Source: an uncultured Thiobacillus sp. | GTDB taxonomy: Bacteria > Pseudomonadota > Gammaproteobacteria > Burkholderiales > Thiobacillaceae | Direction: 5' to 3' | Assembly (NCBI GenBank): GCA_964462255.1 | Contig: CAYWXO010000002.1 | Location: forward strand, 1 to 49,017 | DNA: 49,017 nt | The notes under the pieces: generated by a model | Database searches by the model: none | What the model was told of the DNA's origin: nothing | What the model saw: the letters and a program-made list of their open reading frames with translations, nothing else | Part shown: in pieces, positions 11,345-21,817 of the stretch | How the letters are laid out: each line of letters begins with the position of its first letter | How positions within the stretch are numbered: position 1 is the first letter of the stretch | Translations under genes and position numbers: made by a program

Positions 11345-12451
11345 TTAAATGCGCATCGGCATGACCACATACCGGAAATGTTCTTGACCAGGCACGGTGA
11401 TTAACAACGAACTGGTGGGGTCGCCAAAGGAACAGACAACGGCTTCGACATTGATGTTATTCAACACATCTTGTAGATATTGAATATTAAAACCAATATC
11501 TAACGGATCACCGATGTAATCAATTTCCAATTCTTCCAGCGCTTCCTCTTGCTCGTTATTGCTGCAAGTGACGCGCAAAATGCCGCTACTTAAAGCGATG
11601 CGCACGCCGCGATATTTATCGTTGGTCAGAATAGCCGCTCGATTTAATGATTGAGAAAACCGGGTGCGTTGAATGGCAAATTTCTTATCATGTCCAACAG
11701 GCACCACGCGTTGCCAATCAGGAAATTTTCCATCAACAACTTTGCTTCTCAATTCAAATTCTGGCCGTCTGAAAACGACCTGACTTTGATTCAATTGAAT
11801 ATTTAAGGGTTCGTTATTATCGCTTAACAGCTTAGCCAGCTCTAAAACTGTTTTGCGCGGCAAAATAACATCGAAACCTTGATCAAATTCGTTTTCCATA
11901 TCTGTGCAGTCAACGGCGAGGCGATGACCATCGGTAGCAGCCACGGTTAAACGCTTACCTTGAATGGAAAATAACATGCCATTTAAATAATAACGAATAT
12001 CCTGCACCGCCATTGCATATTGAACGCGCGAGATCAATTGCTTAATCATGCCTTGTGGCAAGCTGAACGAAACACCTTCGCTTTCCTCCAGTTTGAGAAT
12101 GGGAAAATCTCGTGCTGGCAAAGTTTGTAAATTGAACTTGCTGTTACCTGAAACCACTTTCAGATGATCGTTATCGAGACTGAGAGAAATGTTTTCGATG
12201 TCGAGTAGTGATCGGCTGATATCAAGTAATTTTCTTGCCGATACGGTAAAGGCAGCATCCGCTGCTTCTGGGTTATCAATCCATGTACTAATTTGTAATT
12301 CAAGATCAGTTGCAATAAAAGCAACGCGGCCGTGCATAACTTCCAACAACACATTGGAAAGAATCGGTAGCGTGTGTTTTCGTTCAACAACACCTGCCAC
12401 AGCTTGCAACGGTTTGAGCAAAGCTTCCTTCGATGATTTAAGTACAAGCAT
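11345..12451 (-). CDS. dnaN: DNA polymerase III beta sliding clamp
   Basis: 368 aa. The N-terminus (LLKPLQAVAGVVERKHTLPILSNVLLE) and C-terminus (YVVMPMRI) are typical of DnaN. Its position between dnaA and gyrB fits. Confidence 0.97.
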   Translation of the reverse strand: MLVLKSSKEALLKPLQAVAGVVERKHTLPILSNVLLEVMHGRVAFIATDLELQISTWIDNPEAADAAFTVSARKLLDISRSLLDIENISLSLDNDHLKVVSGNSKFNLQTLPARDFPILKLEESEGVSFSLPQGMIKQLISRVQYAMAVQDIRYYLNGMLFSIQGKRLTVAATDGHRLAVDCTDMENEFDQGFDVILPRKTVLELAKLLSDNNEPLNIQLNQSQVVFRRPEFELRSKVVDGKFPDWQRVVPVGHDKKFAIQRTRFSQSLNRAAILTNDKYRGVRIALSSGILRVTCSNNEQEEALEELEIDYIGDPLDIGFNIQYLQDVLNNINVEAVVCSFGDPTSSLLITVPGQEHFRYVVMPMRI

Positions 12452-12491
12452 ATATAAATTCCTAACAATAGTAATAGGTAACGGTGTTTGT

Positions 12492-12647
12492 TCTGGATAA
12501 GCGGAAAAAATTCTTTATAAACAGGAGCTTATGCTGTGGAAAAGTCAGTTGGTAAGCCTGTGACGAATAGGTTGAGAGATTGTGGATAAGATTCTTGCGA
12601 CTGGATGTTGCGGGACTTGTTCACAAAGTGCGCACTTCTTATCCACA
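12492..12647. promoter_or_regulatory. DnaA-box cluster in the dnaA-dnaN spacer (candidate oriC or DnaA-regulated dnaN promoter)
   Basis: Two perfect boxes: TGTGGATAA at 12581-12589 and TTATCCACA at 12639-12647. Near-boxes: TCTGGATAA at 12492-12500, TGTGGAAAA at 12535-12543 and TTGTTCACA at 12617-12625. An AT-rich stretch lies at 12452-12530. Confidence 0.6.
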
Positions 12648-12688
12648 ACGTTATACAGGGGGCTGGGCGATTGTTTTGGCACTTTGCT

Positions 12689-14104
12689 TTAGCCAGTCAA
12701 AACTTGGATGAGAAGGTTGTAGTCTTTGCGAAGCGCATGATCACTGGCTTTTAGTTCTTCAATTTTGGCGCAGGCATGTAACACCGTGGTGTGATCGCGG
12801 CCACCAAAGGAGAGGCCGATATCGGGATAAGATAAATCGGTCAACTCGCGGGCTAGATACATCGCCATTTGACGCGGTCTAGCCAATGCACGTGTGCGTT
12901 TTTTAGAGTACATCTCCGCTAGTTTGATTTTGAAATAGTCGGCAACGGTCTTTTGGATGTTTTCTATTGAAATTTGCCGATTCTGGATCGAGAGGAGGTC
13001 TTTCAGCGCTTCTTTGGCCAGCTCTACCGAGATAGCCATTTTGTTGAAGCGTGCATAGGCTACAACGCGTTTAAGCGCACCTTCCAGTTCACGTACATTC
13101 GAACGTATTTGTTTGGCAATGAAGAAGGCCGTGCCTTCATCAAGAGAAATTTTTTCAAAACGGGCTTTATCAAGCAGAATGGCGACGCGCATTTCCAGTT
13201 CAGGCGGCTCTAGCATCACGGTGAGGCCCCAACTGAAGCGTGATTTAAGGCGTTCTTCTATACCATCCATGTTTTTAGGGAAGGTATCGCTGGTGATGAT
13301 GACCTGCTTATGTTCTTCAATTAAGGTGTTGAAGGTATAGAAAAATTGCTGCTGGGTGCCTTCTTTGCCGGCGAAAAACTGTATGTCGTCAATGAGCAGC
13401 AAGTCGAGCGTGTCGTAACGCCGTTTGAAATCATCATAGGAATTGGTTCTAACTGCCCGCACAACGTCAGAGACGTAACGGTCGGCATGGATGTAACGAA
13501 TGCGCGCTTTCGGATCCATCTGCAGGATGTGATTGCCAATGGCATGGATGAGATGCGTTTTTCCCAGTCCAACACCACCATAAACAAACAACGGGTTATA
13601 GCCGCCGCCAGGATTCTCAGCCACTTGCAACGCCGCCGCACGCGCGAGATCGTTTGCTTTGCCTGGAACAAAAGAATTGAAATTGAACAACGGGTTCAAT
13701 CTGCTTTCGTCGAGTTGGGCAGGCTTTTCGGTTTTGGTGGGCGATTGATTAGGGTTGGGTTTCTGCTTGGCATTCGCAATATCAGCACTTTCCAATAAAC
13801 TCGCTTTCGCTTCGATGATGAGATTTTCGGTCTCTTGCGTTTGATCGGAAGAGGCCGGCGTCAAGCGGGCGTCAGACACAATGAGTGTGACTGGGAGAGG
13901 CGCAGCAAAGAAGTCGCGAGCGAGTAACTCAATGTCAGGCAAAAATTTTTCGCGTACCCACTGCGCAACAAATTTGTTGGGCGCATTGACGACAATTTGC
14001 TCAGCATTGATGTCAACAGACAAGGGTTTGATCCAAGTGTTGAGTTGCTGCGCATTTAACGTCCGCGCGAAGTGGGCGATGCAATGGCTCCAGAATTCGT
14101 GCAT
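12689..14104 (-). CDS. dnaA: Chromosomal replication initiator DnaA
   Basis: AAA+ Walker A (GGVGLGKTHL), the box VII/sensor region, and the C-terminal DNA-binding domain (SFGGRDHTTVLHA). Confidence 0.97.
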   Translation of the reverse strand: MHEFWSHCIAHFARTLNAQQLNTWIKPLSVDINAEQIVVNAPNKFVAQWVREKFLPDIELLARDFFAAPLPVTLIVSDARLTPASSDQTQETENLIIEAKASLLESADIANAKQKPNPNQSPTKTEKPAQLDESRLNPLFNFNSFVPGKANDLARAAALQVAENPGGGYNPLFVYGGVGLGKTHLIHAIGNHILQMDPKARIRYIHADRYVSDVVRAVRTNSYDDFKRRYDTLDLLLIDDIQFFAGKEGTQQQFFYTFNTLIEEHKQVIITSDTFPKNMDGIEERLKSRFSWGLTVMLEPPELEMRVAILLDKARFEKISLDEGTAFFIAKQIRSNVRELEGALKRVVAYARFNKMAISVELAKEALKDLLSIQNRQISIENIQKTVADYFKIKLAEMYSKKRTRALARPRQMAMYLARELTDLSYPDIGLSFGGRDHTTVLHACAKIEELKASDHALRKDYNLLIQVLTG

Positions 14105-14174
14105 GAGCAGCGTATAGATAATCTTGAGAAGGGAGAGCCGTGTATTCTAACACTGTGCGCTGCGCAGCCGGAAC

Positions 14175-14204
14175 GTTTGACAAATCAGTGTTTGACAAAT
14201 CAGA
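14175..14204 (+). promoter_or_regulatory. Tandem 15-bp duplication carrying two TTGACA -35 boxes (putative rpmH promoters)
   Basis: GTTTGACAAATCAG-t-GTTTGACAAATCAG. The second TTGACA (14192-14197) is followed after 17 nt by TCTAAT (14215-14220), about 46 nt upstream of rpmH. Confidence 0.45.
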
Positions 14205-14266
14205 TGACTGGCAGTCTAATTGCGAGCTTTGTTTGACGTCGATTCCTATCATTTGAGGCACCAATA

Positions 14267-14401
14267 ATGAAACGCACCTATCAACCTTCCGTAGTTCGCC
14301 GTAAACGCACGCATGGCTTCCGTGCACGTATGAAAACTGTTGGCGGTCGCGCAGTTATCAATGCTCGCCGTGCCAAAGGTCGTAAGCGTCTAGCAGTCTG
14401 A
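14267..14401 (+). CDS. rpmH: 50S ribosomal protein L34
   Basis: My own translation gives [44 protein letters not shown]. At 44 aa it is too short for the supplied ORF track. It sits in the canonical position upstream of rnpA. Confidence 0.95.
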   Translation: MKRTYQPSVVRRKRTHGFRARMKTVGGRAVINARRAKGRKRLAV

Positions 14402-14478
14402 GTTCTGGTTTGAATACAGATTCGGGTTCACAGTTCATCGCCCCTAGATACCTCTGTGAGTTTGGGTATCAAAAAAAA

Positions 14479-14835
14479 ATGCGCAAAACGGATGAATTTT
14501 CATCCGTTTTTCGTTTCAGGTGCGCACGTTCCAGTAATGGGCTGGAAGTTTTAGCAGCCCCTAATGGTCTGAATTATCCAAGACTCGGTTTGATTGTTCC
14601 TAAAAAAATCATTGCTACCGCAGTGGGTCGCAATCGAATTAAACGATTAGTTCGTGAATCGTTTCGCTTACATCAAACGCAATTTACCGGGCTTGATGTT
14701 GTAGCAAGAATCAGGTCGAAGATAGATGATAATATAATTCAGAATACATTCTCTACCATGCTGAGAGAATGCAGTAACTGTGTAACGCTGCGTAGTCGTC
14801 ATGCTATTCATTCAGACAATTCATTGAAGCTTTAA
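14479..14835 (+). CDS. rnpA: Ribonuclease P protein component
   Basis: KTDEFSSVFRFR...RLGLIVPKKIIATAVGRNRIKRLVRESFR contains the RNR motif. Starting at the ATG at 14479 gives 118 aa. The track start (TTG at 14410) is an alternative. Confidence 0.88.
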   Translation: MRKTDEFSSVFRFRCARSSNGLEVLAAPNGLNYPRLGLIVPKKIIATAVGRNRIKRLVRESFRLHQTQFTGLDVVARIRSKIDDNIIQNTFSTMLRECSNCVTLRSRHAIHSDNSLKL

Positions 14836-14875
14836 GCTTTCCTTTTTTTGTAATTCAACAGAATCCGCCAATATC

Positions 14876-16543
14876 ATGGACACCCAACGCATTATCGCGT
14901 TTATTGTATTTTCGTTTTCAATTCTGCTGCTATGGGATTCCTGGCAGCAATACAATAATCCGCAACCCGATCCTTCGAAAATAGTTTCCAGTCAAACTGA
15001 GGCGCAAGTAAAGCAGGAGAATGTAGATATTCCTGCAATTCCCGGTTCAGCGCTCAAGGAAAAAACGAGTGCAACGGAAGACGGCCTTATTACACGTGGT
15101 GCTCGCGCTAAAATCATTACCGATGTGTTAGAAGCAGAAATTGATGCTAACGGTGGTGATTTGCGTCAATTATTGTTGTCGCGTTATCAGCAGAATGAAG
15201 CGGTTGAACAGCCATTTATGTTGTTGGAAGAACGTGCTGGTCGAAATTATTTTGCCCAAATGGGTTTTGTCGGTGGCAGCCTCCCGACCCATAAAACTTT
15301 ATTTGAATTAGTTCCTGGCGAATATCGCCTTAAAGATGGCCAAAATGAACTGTCTATTACGCTAAAGGCGACGGTTGCAGGCGCTAACGTATTCCGAACC
15401 TATAAATTCAAACGCGGTAGTTATGTAGTCGATGTCGATACCAAAATCGTCAATCAGGGCCAGGCTGCTATTGAAGGTTTTCCGTATTATCAAATTCTTC
15501 GCCATGGATTAGCACCGGAAGGTGAATCAGCTTTGATGGTGACTTATACCGGACCTGCTATTTACACGGATGTGGCAAAATTCCAAAAAGTTTCCTTTGA
15601 TGATATTAGCAGTGGCAAAACAGAATTTGTAAAAGAAGCAAAAGATGGTTGGATCGGCATGGTTCAGCATCATTTTGTTTCCGCTTGGATGACAGTTGAT
15701 CCGGCCGATGCCACTTCGCGTGAGTTTTATACCCGTAGTATTGGCAACAACGAGTACAGCTCCGGGGTAATATTTCCCGCAGTCAAGTTGAATCCTGGTG
15801 AGGAAAAGAATATCTCTATGCGCCTGTACGCGGGACCGCAAGAGTTGGAGAAAATTAAATCTTTAGCACCGGGTTTTGATTTGGTGGTTGATTATGGTTG
15901 GCTTACTGTATTGGCTTATCCCATTTTTGTGCTACTGAACTGGATTAATAAGCTGGTAATTAATTGGGGTGTGTCAATTATTTTACTGACTGTCGTTATT
16001 AAATTAGTTTTTTACCCGCTTTCAGCAGCAGGGTATAAATCCATGGCCAAGATGCGGAATCTGGCGCCACGTTTGCAGAAGTTGAAAGAACGGCATGGGG
16101 ATGATCGGCAAAAACTGCACGAAGGCATGATGAAGATTTATCAGGAAGAGAAAATTAATCCCATGGGCGGCTGTTTGCCAATCCTGGTTCAAATTCCTGT
16201 GTTTATCGCGTTGTATTGGGTGCTGCTGGGGGCTGTAGAGTTACGACAAGCGCCTTTTGCTCTCTGGATTCAGGATTTATCTAAACCTGATCCTTATTAT
16301 ATTTTGCCTGTTGTGATGGCGATTACTTCATTTATTCAAGTCAAATTGTCACCTGCTTCGCCAGACCCTGTGCAGCAAAAGGTGATGATGGCGATGCCGA
16401 TTATTTTCTCGGTTATGTTCTTGTTTTTCCCTGCTGGTTTAGTGCTCTACTGGTTGGTCAATAATGTGCTTTCAATTTTGCAGCAATGGCACATTAATAA
16501 AGTGATCGCCGAAGCAGCGAAGGTTGCGCCAAATAAGGCATAG
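14876..16543 (+). CDS. yidC: Membrane protein insertase YidC
   Basis: 555 aa with an N-terminal TM segment, a large periplasmic domain and the conserved 60-kDa insertase core ([26 protein letters not shown]...[21 protein letters not shown]). Confidence 0.97.
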   Translation: MDTQRIIAFIVFSFSILLLWDSWQQYNNPQPDPSKIVSSQTEAQVKQENVDIPAIPGSALKEKTSATEDGLITRGARAKIITDVLEAEIDANGGDLRQLLLSRYQQNEAVEQPFMLLEERAGRNYFAQMGFVGGSLPTHKTLFELVPGEYRLKDGQNELSITLKATVAGANVFRTYKFKRGSYVVDVDTKIVNQGQAAIEGFPYYQILRHGLAPEGESALMVTYTGPAIYTDVAKFQKVSFDDISSGKTEFVKEAKDGWIGMVQHHFVSAWMTVDPADATSREFYTRSIGNNEYSSGVIFPAVKLNPGEEKNISMRLYAGPQELEKIKSLAPGFDLVVDYGWLTVLAYPIFVLLNWINKLVINWGVSIILLTVVIKLVFYPLSAAGYKSMAKMRNLAPRLQKLKERHGDDRQKLHEGMMKIYQEEKINPMGGCLPILVQIPVFIALYWVLLGAVELRQAPFALWIQDLSKPDPYYILPVVMAITSFIQVKLSPASPDPVQQKVMMAMPIIFSVMFLFFPAGLVLYWLVNNVLSILQQWHINKVIAEAAKVAPNKA

Positions 16544-16545
16544 GC

Positions 16546-17889
16546 ATGATGGGGGGTATGAATTCTAGTGACACCATTGCCGCCATTGCCACGCCGTCCG
16601 GCCGGGGTGGTATTGGTGTAATTAGAATATCGGGCGCTGATCTTTCTGTTTTTATCAATGCTTTAACCGGCAAGCAATTAAAAGCGAGACAAGCTGTTTA
16701 TACCCAATTTTGGGGTGCAGAGTCCGAATTACTGGATGATGGTATTGCACTGTATTTTCCTGCCCCGCATTCTTTTACCGGTGAACATGTTCTTGAATTG
16801 CAAGGCCATGGCGGCCATCATGTTTTGCAAGCGGTATTAGAACGATGTATGCAGCTTGGCGCACGTTTAGCAGAACCGGGTGAATTTAGTAAACGCGCTT
16901 TTTTAAATGGTAAATTGGATCTGGCGCAGGCTGAAGCCATTGCTGATTTAATTGATGCCAGTAGCCGACAAGCCGCGCGTTCAGCATTGCTGACCTTACA
17001 GGGCGAGTTTTCCAGGAAAATAAATATTTTGCGTGATGGATTAATTCAGTTACGCATGTTGGTGGAAGCAACGTTAGATTTTCCCGAAGAAGATATCGAT
17101 TTCCTTGAACAGGCGGATGCATGGGGAAAACTGTTATCTTTGCAGCAAAATTTGCAGGCGGTGCTAACACAAGCGCAGCAAGGTGCGTTGTTGCGTGAAG
17201 GGCTTAATGTTGTATTGATTGGTCAGCCAAATGTTGGTAAATCAAGTTTATTAAATCAATTGGCGGGTTATGAAGCAGCCATTGTGACCGAATATGCTGG
17301 AACAACACGCGATACGCTGCGCGAAGCCATCCAGATTAACGGCGTTCCAATTCATATTATTGATACTGCAGGTTTGCGGGAAACTGAAGATCCGGTAGAA
17401 CGTTTGGGAATTGCACGCACGTGGGCAGTTTTGCAAAAGGCTGATATTGCAGTTCTTTTGGTCGATTCAAAACATGGCATCAGTGATAATGAAGCGCTGA
17501 TTTTGGCGCGTTTACCCCAAATCCCGCGTATTACCGTGCATAATAAAATTGATATATCGCTTGATAGTGCGCGCATTATGCCGGAGGGTGCTGAAGTCTG
17601 GCTTTCAGCAAAAACGGGTGAAGGAATTGAGTTACTGCGTGAATTATTGCTGCAGATTGCCGGATGGAGCCATAACAGTGAAGGCGTTTTTATTGCGCGT
17701 AGTCGTCATTTAAATGCGCTGCGGCGGGCTTCTTTTTGTTTGCAGCGAGCCCATGAGGCAGGGAAGCAACTGGAATTTTTTGCTGAAGAATTGCGCCTCG
17801 CGCAAGAGGCGATTTCTGAGATTACGGGCGAGTTTAGTTCTGATGATTTGTTGGGCGTTATTTTTAGTCAGTTTTGCATTGGGAAATAA
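16546..17889 (+). CDS. mnmE: tRNA modification GTPase MnmE
   Basis: [23 protein letters not shown]-terminus, G-domain motifs ([22 protein letters not shown]) and the C-terminal CIGK. An alternative start lies at 16558. Confidence 0.95.
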   Translation: MMGGMNSSDTIAAIATPSGRGGIGVIRISGADLSVFINALTGKQLKARQAVYTQFWGAESELLDDGIALYFPAPHSFTGEHVLELQGHGGHHVLQAVLERCMQLGARLAEPGEFSKRAFLNGKLDLAQAEAIADLIDASSRQAARSALLTLQGEFSRKINILRDGLIQLRMLVEATLDFPEEDIDFLEQADAWGKLLSLQQNLQAVLTQAQQGALLREGLNVVLIGQPNVGKSSLLNQLAGYEAAIVTEYAGTTRDTLREAIQINGVPIHIIDTAGLRETEDPVERLGIARTWAVLQKADIAVLLVDSKHGISDNEALILARLPQIPRITVHNKIDISLDSARIMPEGAEVWLSAKTGEGIELLRELLLQIAGWSHNSEGVFIARSRHLNALRRASFCLQRAHEAGKQLEFFAEELRLAQEAISEITGEFSSDDLLGVIFSQFCIGK

Positions 17890-17960
17890 AATTTAAATTT
17901 TTTCTGATCAACGTTGTTATTAAAATAATTAAATATTGATGTTTTACTGCTGAAATTTGG

Positions 17961-19781
17961 ATGGCCATGAATATTCAATCTGTTGATACCAATTCCATTT
18001 CTGCCAGCGCAATATCATGGCGCAGTATATTGGATGAAGTAAAACAGCATAAGTCGCAGTTGCTGCGCGGGAATTTGATCGCTTTTCTGGCCGTTGTTTG
18101 CGCGGTTCCAGTGCCGTTATTTTTGCCTATTCTAGTCGATGAAGTGTTATTGAATAAACCGGCTGGGTTTATTCATTTTTTTGCGCCCTGGTTTCCAATT
18201 TCATGGCATGGGCCGGTTTTGTTTATTCTGATTGCACTTGCTTTGACGCTGGTTTTGCGATTGGTATCCATCTTGTTGAATGTTTGGCAAACGCGAAAAT
18301 TTTCATTAGTGTCGAAGGAAGTGGTGTTCAGAATTCGATCCCGGATGCTGGATCGGCTGGAAAAAATTGCTTTATCTGAATACGAAATGTTAGGGTCAGG
18401 TCGCGTCAGCTCGCATTTTGTCACCGACATGAATGCTATTGATAGTTTTTTGGGTTCATCCATTTCCGGTTCAATTGTCGCTATTCTTTCGTTGATCGGC
18501 GTTGCAGCTATTTTGCTATGGATGAATTGGCAACTGGCTTTATTTATTCTGCTGTTGAATCCCATTGTGATTGGATTTTCTACTCGCCTGGGAAAAAAAG
18601 TAAAACTCCTTAAAAAGCATGAAAACGCTGCTTTTGAAATATTTCAGGAAGCGTTGGGTGAAACTTTAGACGCGCTCAATCAAATCAGAGCGATGAATCG
18701 TGAACATTATTATCTGAATAAAGTTAAAGAAAAGGCTGCGGCCATACGGCAACATTCCGCTACCTTTGCGTGGAAGTCAGACACCATGAACAGAATTTCT
18801 TTCTTTATCTTTCTGTCTGGTTTTGATGCCTTTCGCGCTTTAGCCATGTTAATGGTGGTGTTTTCAGATTTAAGTATTGGTGAAATGTTAGCGGTGTTTA
18901 GCTATCTGTGGTTCATGATGGGGCCCGTGCAAGAACTCATTAATATCCAATATTCCTGGTTTGCTGCCAATGCAGCGCTCGGGCGTATTAATTCCATGCT
19001 GAATTTAAAACAAGTTGAGCAAGGCAGTAATACGGCTAATCCGTTTTTGACCCCTAATTCGGTTGGGCTTACTCTGGAAAATGTTACCTTTTCTTATTCA
19101 GAAGGCGATGTGATTTTGGATGGGGTGAGTTTGCATATTCAACCCGGTGAAAAAGTCGCTTTAGTGGGTGCATCGGGGGGCGGCAAGTCGTCGTTGGTTC
19201 AAGCCATGCTCGGCCTTTATCCTTTACGCAGCGGTGTTATTCGTTTTGGTGGCGTGGCCGTCTCCGAAATAGGTTGGAATACAGTGCGCGAAAATATTGG
19301 CGTTGTATTGCAACACCCAGTTTTGCTTAATGCCAGCGTGCGGGAAAATTTGACCATGGGCCGCCATTTTTCAGATGAAGATCTATGGCACGCATTGGAT
19401 ATTGCCCAACTGCAAGATTTTATCGCTACTTTGCCGAATGGTTTAGATTCCATTGTTGGCAAAAATGGGGTGCGTCTATCTGGTGGGCAACGTCAGCGTT
19501 TGGCAGTTGCGCGGGTTATTTTGGGTCGGCCCAGTGTCGTTATTTTTGATGAGGCAACTTCAGCTTTGGATAGTACGACAGAACAAAATTTGCACAGAGC
19601 AATGGCTGGTTTTCTGCAAAATCGAACCACATTGATTATTGCGCATCGGTTATCTGCGGTTCGTCAGGCTGATCGTATTCTGGTGTTTGAGAATGGGCGC
19701 ATTGTGGAAGAAGGTGTTCATGACAGTTTGCTCCAGCGCGGCGGCTTGTATCAGCAACTTTATGCGCATGCAGGTGCGTAA
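17961..19781 (+). CDS. ABC exporter, fused permease/ATPase (MsbA/MdlB-like type I exporter)
   Basis: Six-TM N-terminal domain, then an NBD with Walker A (GASGGGKSS), the signature LSGGQRQR, Walker B (VVIFDEATSALD) and an H-loop (IIAHR). Confidence 0.85.
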   Translation: MAMNIQSVDTNSISASAISWRSILDEVKQHKSQLLRGNLIAFLAVVCAVPVPLFLPILVDEVLLNKPAGFIHFFAPWFPISWHGPVLFILIALALTLVLRLVSILLNVWQTRKFSLVSKEVVFRIRSRMLDRLEKIALSEYEMLGSGRVSSHFVTDMNAIDSFLGSSISGSIVAILSLIGVAAILLWMNWQLALFILLLNPIVIGFSTRLGKKVKLLKKHENAAFEIFQEALGETLDALNQIRAMNREHYYLNKVKEKAAAIRQHSATFAWKSDTMNRISFFIFLSGFDAFRALAMLMVVFSDLSIGEMLAVFSYLWFMMGPVQELINIQYSWFAANAALGRINSMLNLKQVEQGSNTANPFLTPNSVGLTLENVTFSYSEGDVILDGVSLHIQPGEKVALVGASGGGKSSLVQAMLGLYPLRSGVIRFGGVAVSEIGWNTVRENIGVVLQHPVLLNASVRENLTMGRHFSDEDLWHALDIAQLQDFIATLPNGLDSIVGKNGVRLSGGQRQRLAVARVILGRPSVVIFDEATSALDSTTEQNLHRAMAGFLQNRTTLIIAHRLSAVRQADRILVFENGRIVEEGVHDSLLQRGGLYQQLYAHAGA

Positions 19782-19798
19782 TATTGTGTGCCTCATGA

Positions 19799-19814
19799 TG
19801 TTTCACGTGAAACA
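19799..19814. promoter_or_regulatory. parS: Perfect parS site upstream of mnmG
   Basis: TGTTTCACGTGAAACA lies inside a perfect 20-bp palindrome, GATGTTTCACGTGAAACATC (19797-19816), in the ABC-mnmG intergenic region. Confidence 0.88.
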
Positions 19815-19882
19815 TCGCATGAAACTGCTAACTTCATGGCGTAGAATTCGCCGCCTGTCAGACCGTAAGAAGTGCTAACCCG

Positions 19883-21817
19883 ATGATGATAGTCCCTGAA
19901 ATTTATGATGTCGTAGTAGTTGGAGGCGGCCATGCCGGCAGTGAAGCGGCATTAGCAGCAGCGCGTAAGGGACTTAAAACCCTGTTGTTAACGCACAATA
20001 TTGAAACGTTAGGCGCAATGTCGTGCAATCCTTCTATCGGAGGGATAGGCAAAGGCCATTTAGTGAAGGAAGTGGATGCGCTTGGCGGCGCAATGGCGAT
20101 TGCAACCGATGAAGCGGGTATTCAATTTAGAATTTTGAATTCATCCAAAGGGCCTGCAGTGCGTGCAACACGCGCACAAGCCGATCGCTTGCTTTATAAA
20201 CAAGCTATTCGTAGCCGCTTGGAAAATCAGGCTAATTTGACTTTATTTCAGCAAGCCGTAGATGATTTGTTGCTGGAAGGAAATCGAGTCGCTGGGGTTC
20301 GTACGCAAATTGGAATTGAGTTCAAAGCGAAAGCGGTTGTGCTGACCACCGGGACATTTTTAGCGGGTTTGGTCCATGTTGGCATGGAAAATTTTCAGGC
20401 GGGGCGCATGGGCGATCCGCCGTCTGTTTCGCTAGCTGCGCGTTTACGAGAATTGAGCTTGCCGGTTGGACGTTTGAAAACCGGTACGCCACCTCGAATA
20501 GATGGCCGCAGCATTGATTATTCAGTGATGCAAATTCAGCCGGGTGATGATCCTGTGCCGGTATTTTCATACATGGGCAAAGCGGCGCTGCATCCGCAAC
20601 AATTACCCTGCTGGATTACTTCAACCAACGAACAAACACATGAAATTATTCGGCGTGGTCTGGACCGTTCGCCTTTATATACCGGCGTGATCGAAGGAGT
20701 GGGGCCCCGCTATTGCCCATCAATTGAAGACAAAATTAATCGATTTGCTGACAAGCAAGGTCATAACGTGTTTTTGGAGCCTGAGGGCTTGACTACACAT
20801 GAATATTATCCGAACGGTATTTCAACCAGTTTGCCGTTTGATGTGCAGCTTGCTTTAGTACGATCCATTCGTGGCCTTGAAAATGCGCATATATTGCGAC
20901 CGGGTTATGCCATTGAATACGATTATTATGATCCGCGTGGTTTAAAACCAAGTCTGGAAACGAAAGAAATTACTGGCTTGTTTTTCGCGGGTCAGATTAA
21001 TGGAACTACCGGCTATGAAGAGGCAGCGGCGCAAGGTTTGTTGGCGGGCTTGAATGCGGCTTTATATGTTCAGGACGAAAATGCTTGGTGGCCGCGGCGC
21101 GATCAGGCTTATCTCGGCGTCATGGTGGATGATTTAACGACGCGTGGTGTGTTGGAACCTTATCGCATGTTTACCAGCCGTGCTGAATATCGTCTTTCTT
21201 TACGTGAAGATAATGCCGATCAACGCTTGACTGAAATAGGTAGAAAGCTGGGTTTGGTGGAAGATAAACAATGGCATCGTTTTGAGGCTAAAAGAGAGGC
21301 GATGGCGCGAGAAACCGAGCGGCTCAAATCAATCTGGGTTAATCCGGGTAATTTGGCTGATGCGCATGCCATAAGAGTATTGGGAAAATCAATTGAGCGC
21401 GAATATAACTTGTTTGATTTACTTCGGCGTCCAGAAGTAACTTATGCGAGTTTGATGAGCTTGCCGGATGCAGGCCCTGAGTTGGCAGATCGAGAGGCGG
21501 CAGAGCAAGTTGAAATTGAAACTAAATATGCGGGCTATGTAACGCGACAGCGTGACGAAATTGAGCGTCAACGCGGCCAGGAAGATCAACGCTTACCGCT
21601 TGATTTTGATTATATGGAATTGAGTAGTCTATCAATTGAGGTGCGCCAGAAACTTAATCAGGCGAAACCGGCGACCTTGGGCCAGGCGTCGCGTGTTGCT
21701 GGGGTGACGCCTGCTGCGATTTCAGTGTTGATGGTCTATCTGAAACGGGGTGAGTTAGCTGAAAAAAAAGGCGAAAAATTCAGTGAACGCGCCACTTCCT
21801 CTGGAAAATTGCAATGA
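19883..21817 (+). CDS. mnmG: tRNA uridine 5-carboxymethylaminomethyl modification enzyme MnmG (GidA)
   Basis: FAD-binding N-terminus ([16 protein letters not shown]), [24 protein letters not shown] and [11 protein letters not shown] motifs. Confidence 0.97.
   Translation: MMIVPEIYDVVVVGGGHAGSEAALAAARKGLKTLLLTHNIETLGAMSCNPSIGGIGKGHLVKEVDALGGAMAIATDEAGIQFRILNSSKGPAVRATRAQADRLLYKQAIRSRLENQANLTLFQQAVDDLLLEGNRVAGVRTQIGIEFKAKAVVLTTGTFLAGLVHVGMENFQAGRMGDPPSVSLAARLRELSLPVGRLKTGTPPRIDGRSIDYSVMQIQPGDDPVPVFSYMGKAALHPQQLPCWITSTNEQTHEIIRRGLDRSPLYTGVIEGVGPRYCPSIEDKINRFADKQGHNVFLEPEGLTTHEYYPNGISTSLPFDVQLALVRSIRGLENAHILRPGYAIEYDYYDPRGLKPSLETKEITGLFFAGQINGTTGYEEAAAQGLLAGLNAALYVQDENAWWPRRDQAYLGVMVDDLTTRGVLEPYRMFTSRAEYRLSLREDNADQRLTEIGRKLGLVEDKQWHRFEAKREAMARETERLKSIWVNPGNLADAHAIRVLGKSIEREYNLFDLLRRPEVTYASLMSLPDAGPELADREAAEQVEIETKYAGYVTRQRDEIERQRGQEDQRLPLDFDYMELSSLSIEVRQKLNQAKPATLGQASRVAGVTPAAISVLMVYLKRGELAEKKGEKFSERATSSGKLQ

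Noticed and set aside
14105-14266. The dnaA-rpmH spacer as oriC (Pseudomonas-type location)
   Set aside because: The best DnaA-box candidate (TATAGATAA) has two mismatches, and there is no AT-rich unwinding element. The region is adequately explained as divergent dnaA and rpmH promoters.
19639-19878. 79-aa ORF spanning the ABC 3' end and the intergenic parS palindrome
   Set aside because: It overlaps the ABC transporter C-terminus out of frame and reads through the parS palindrome. It has no RBS and an implausible composition.
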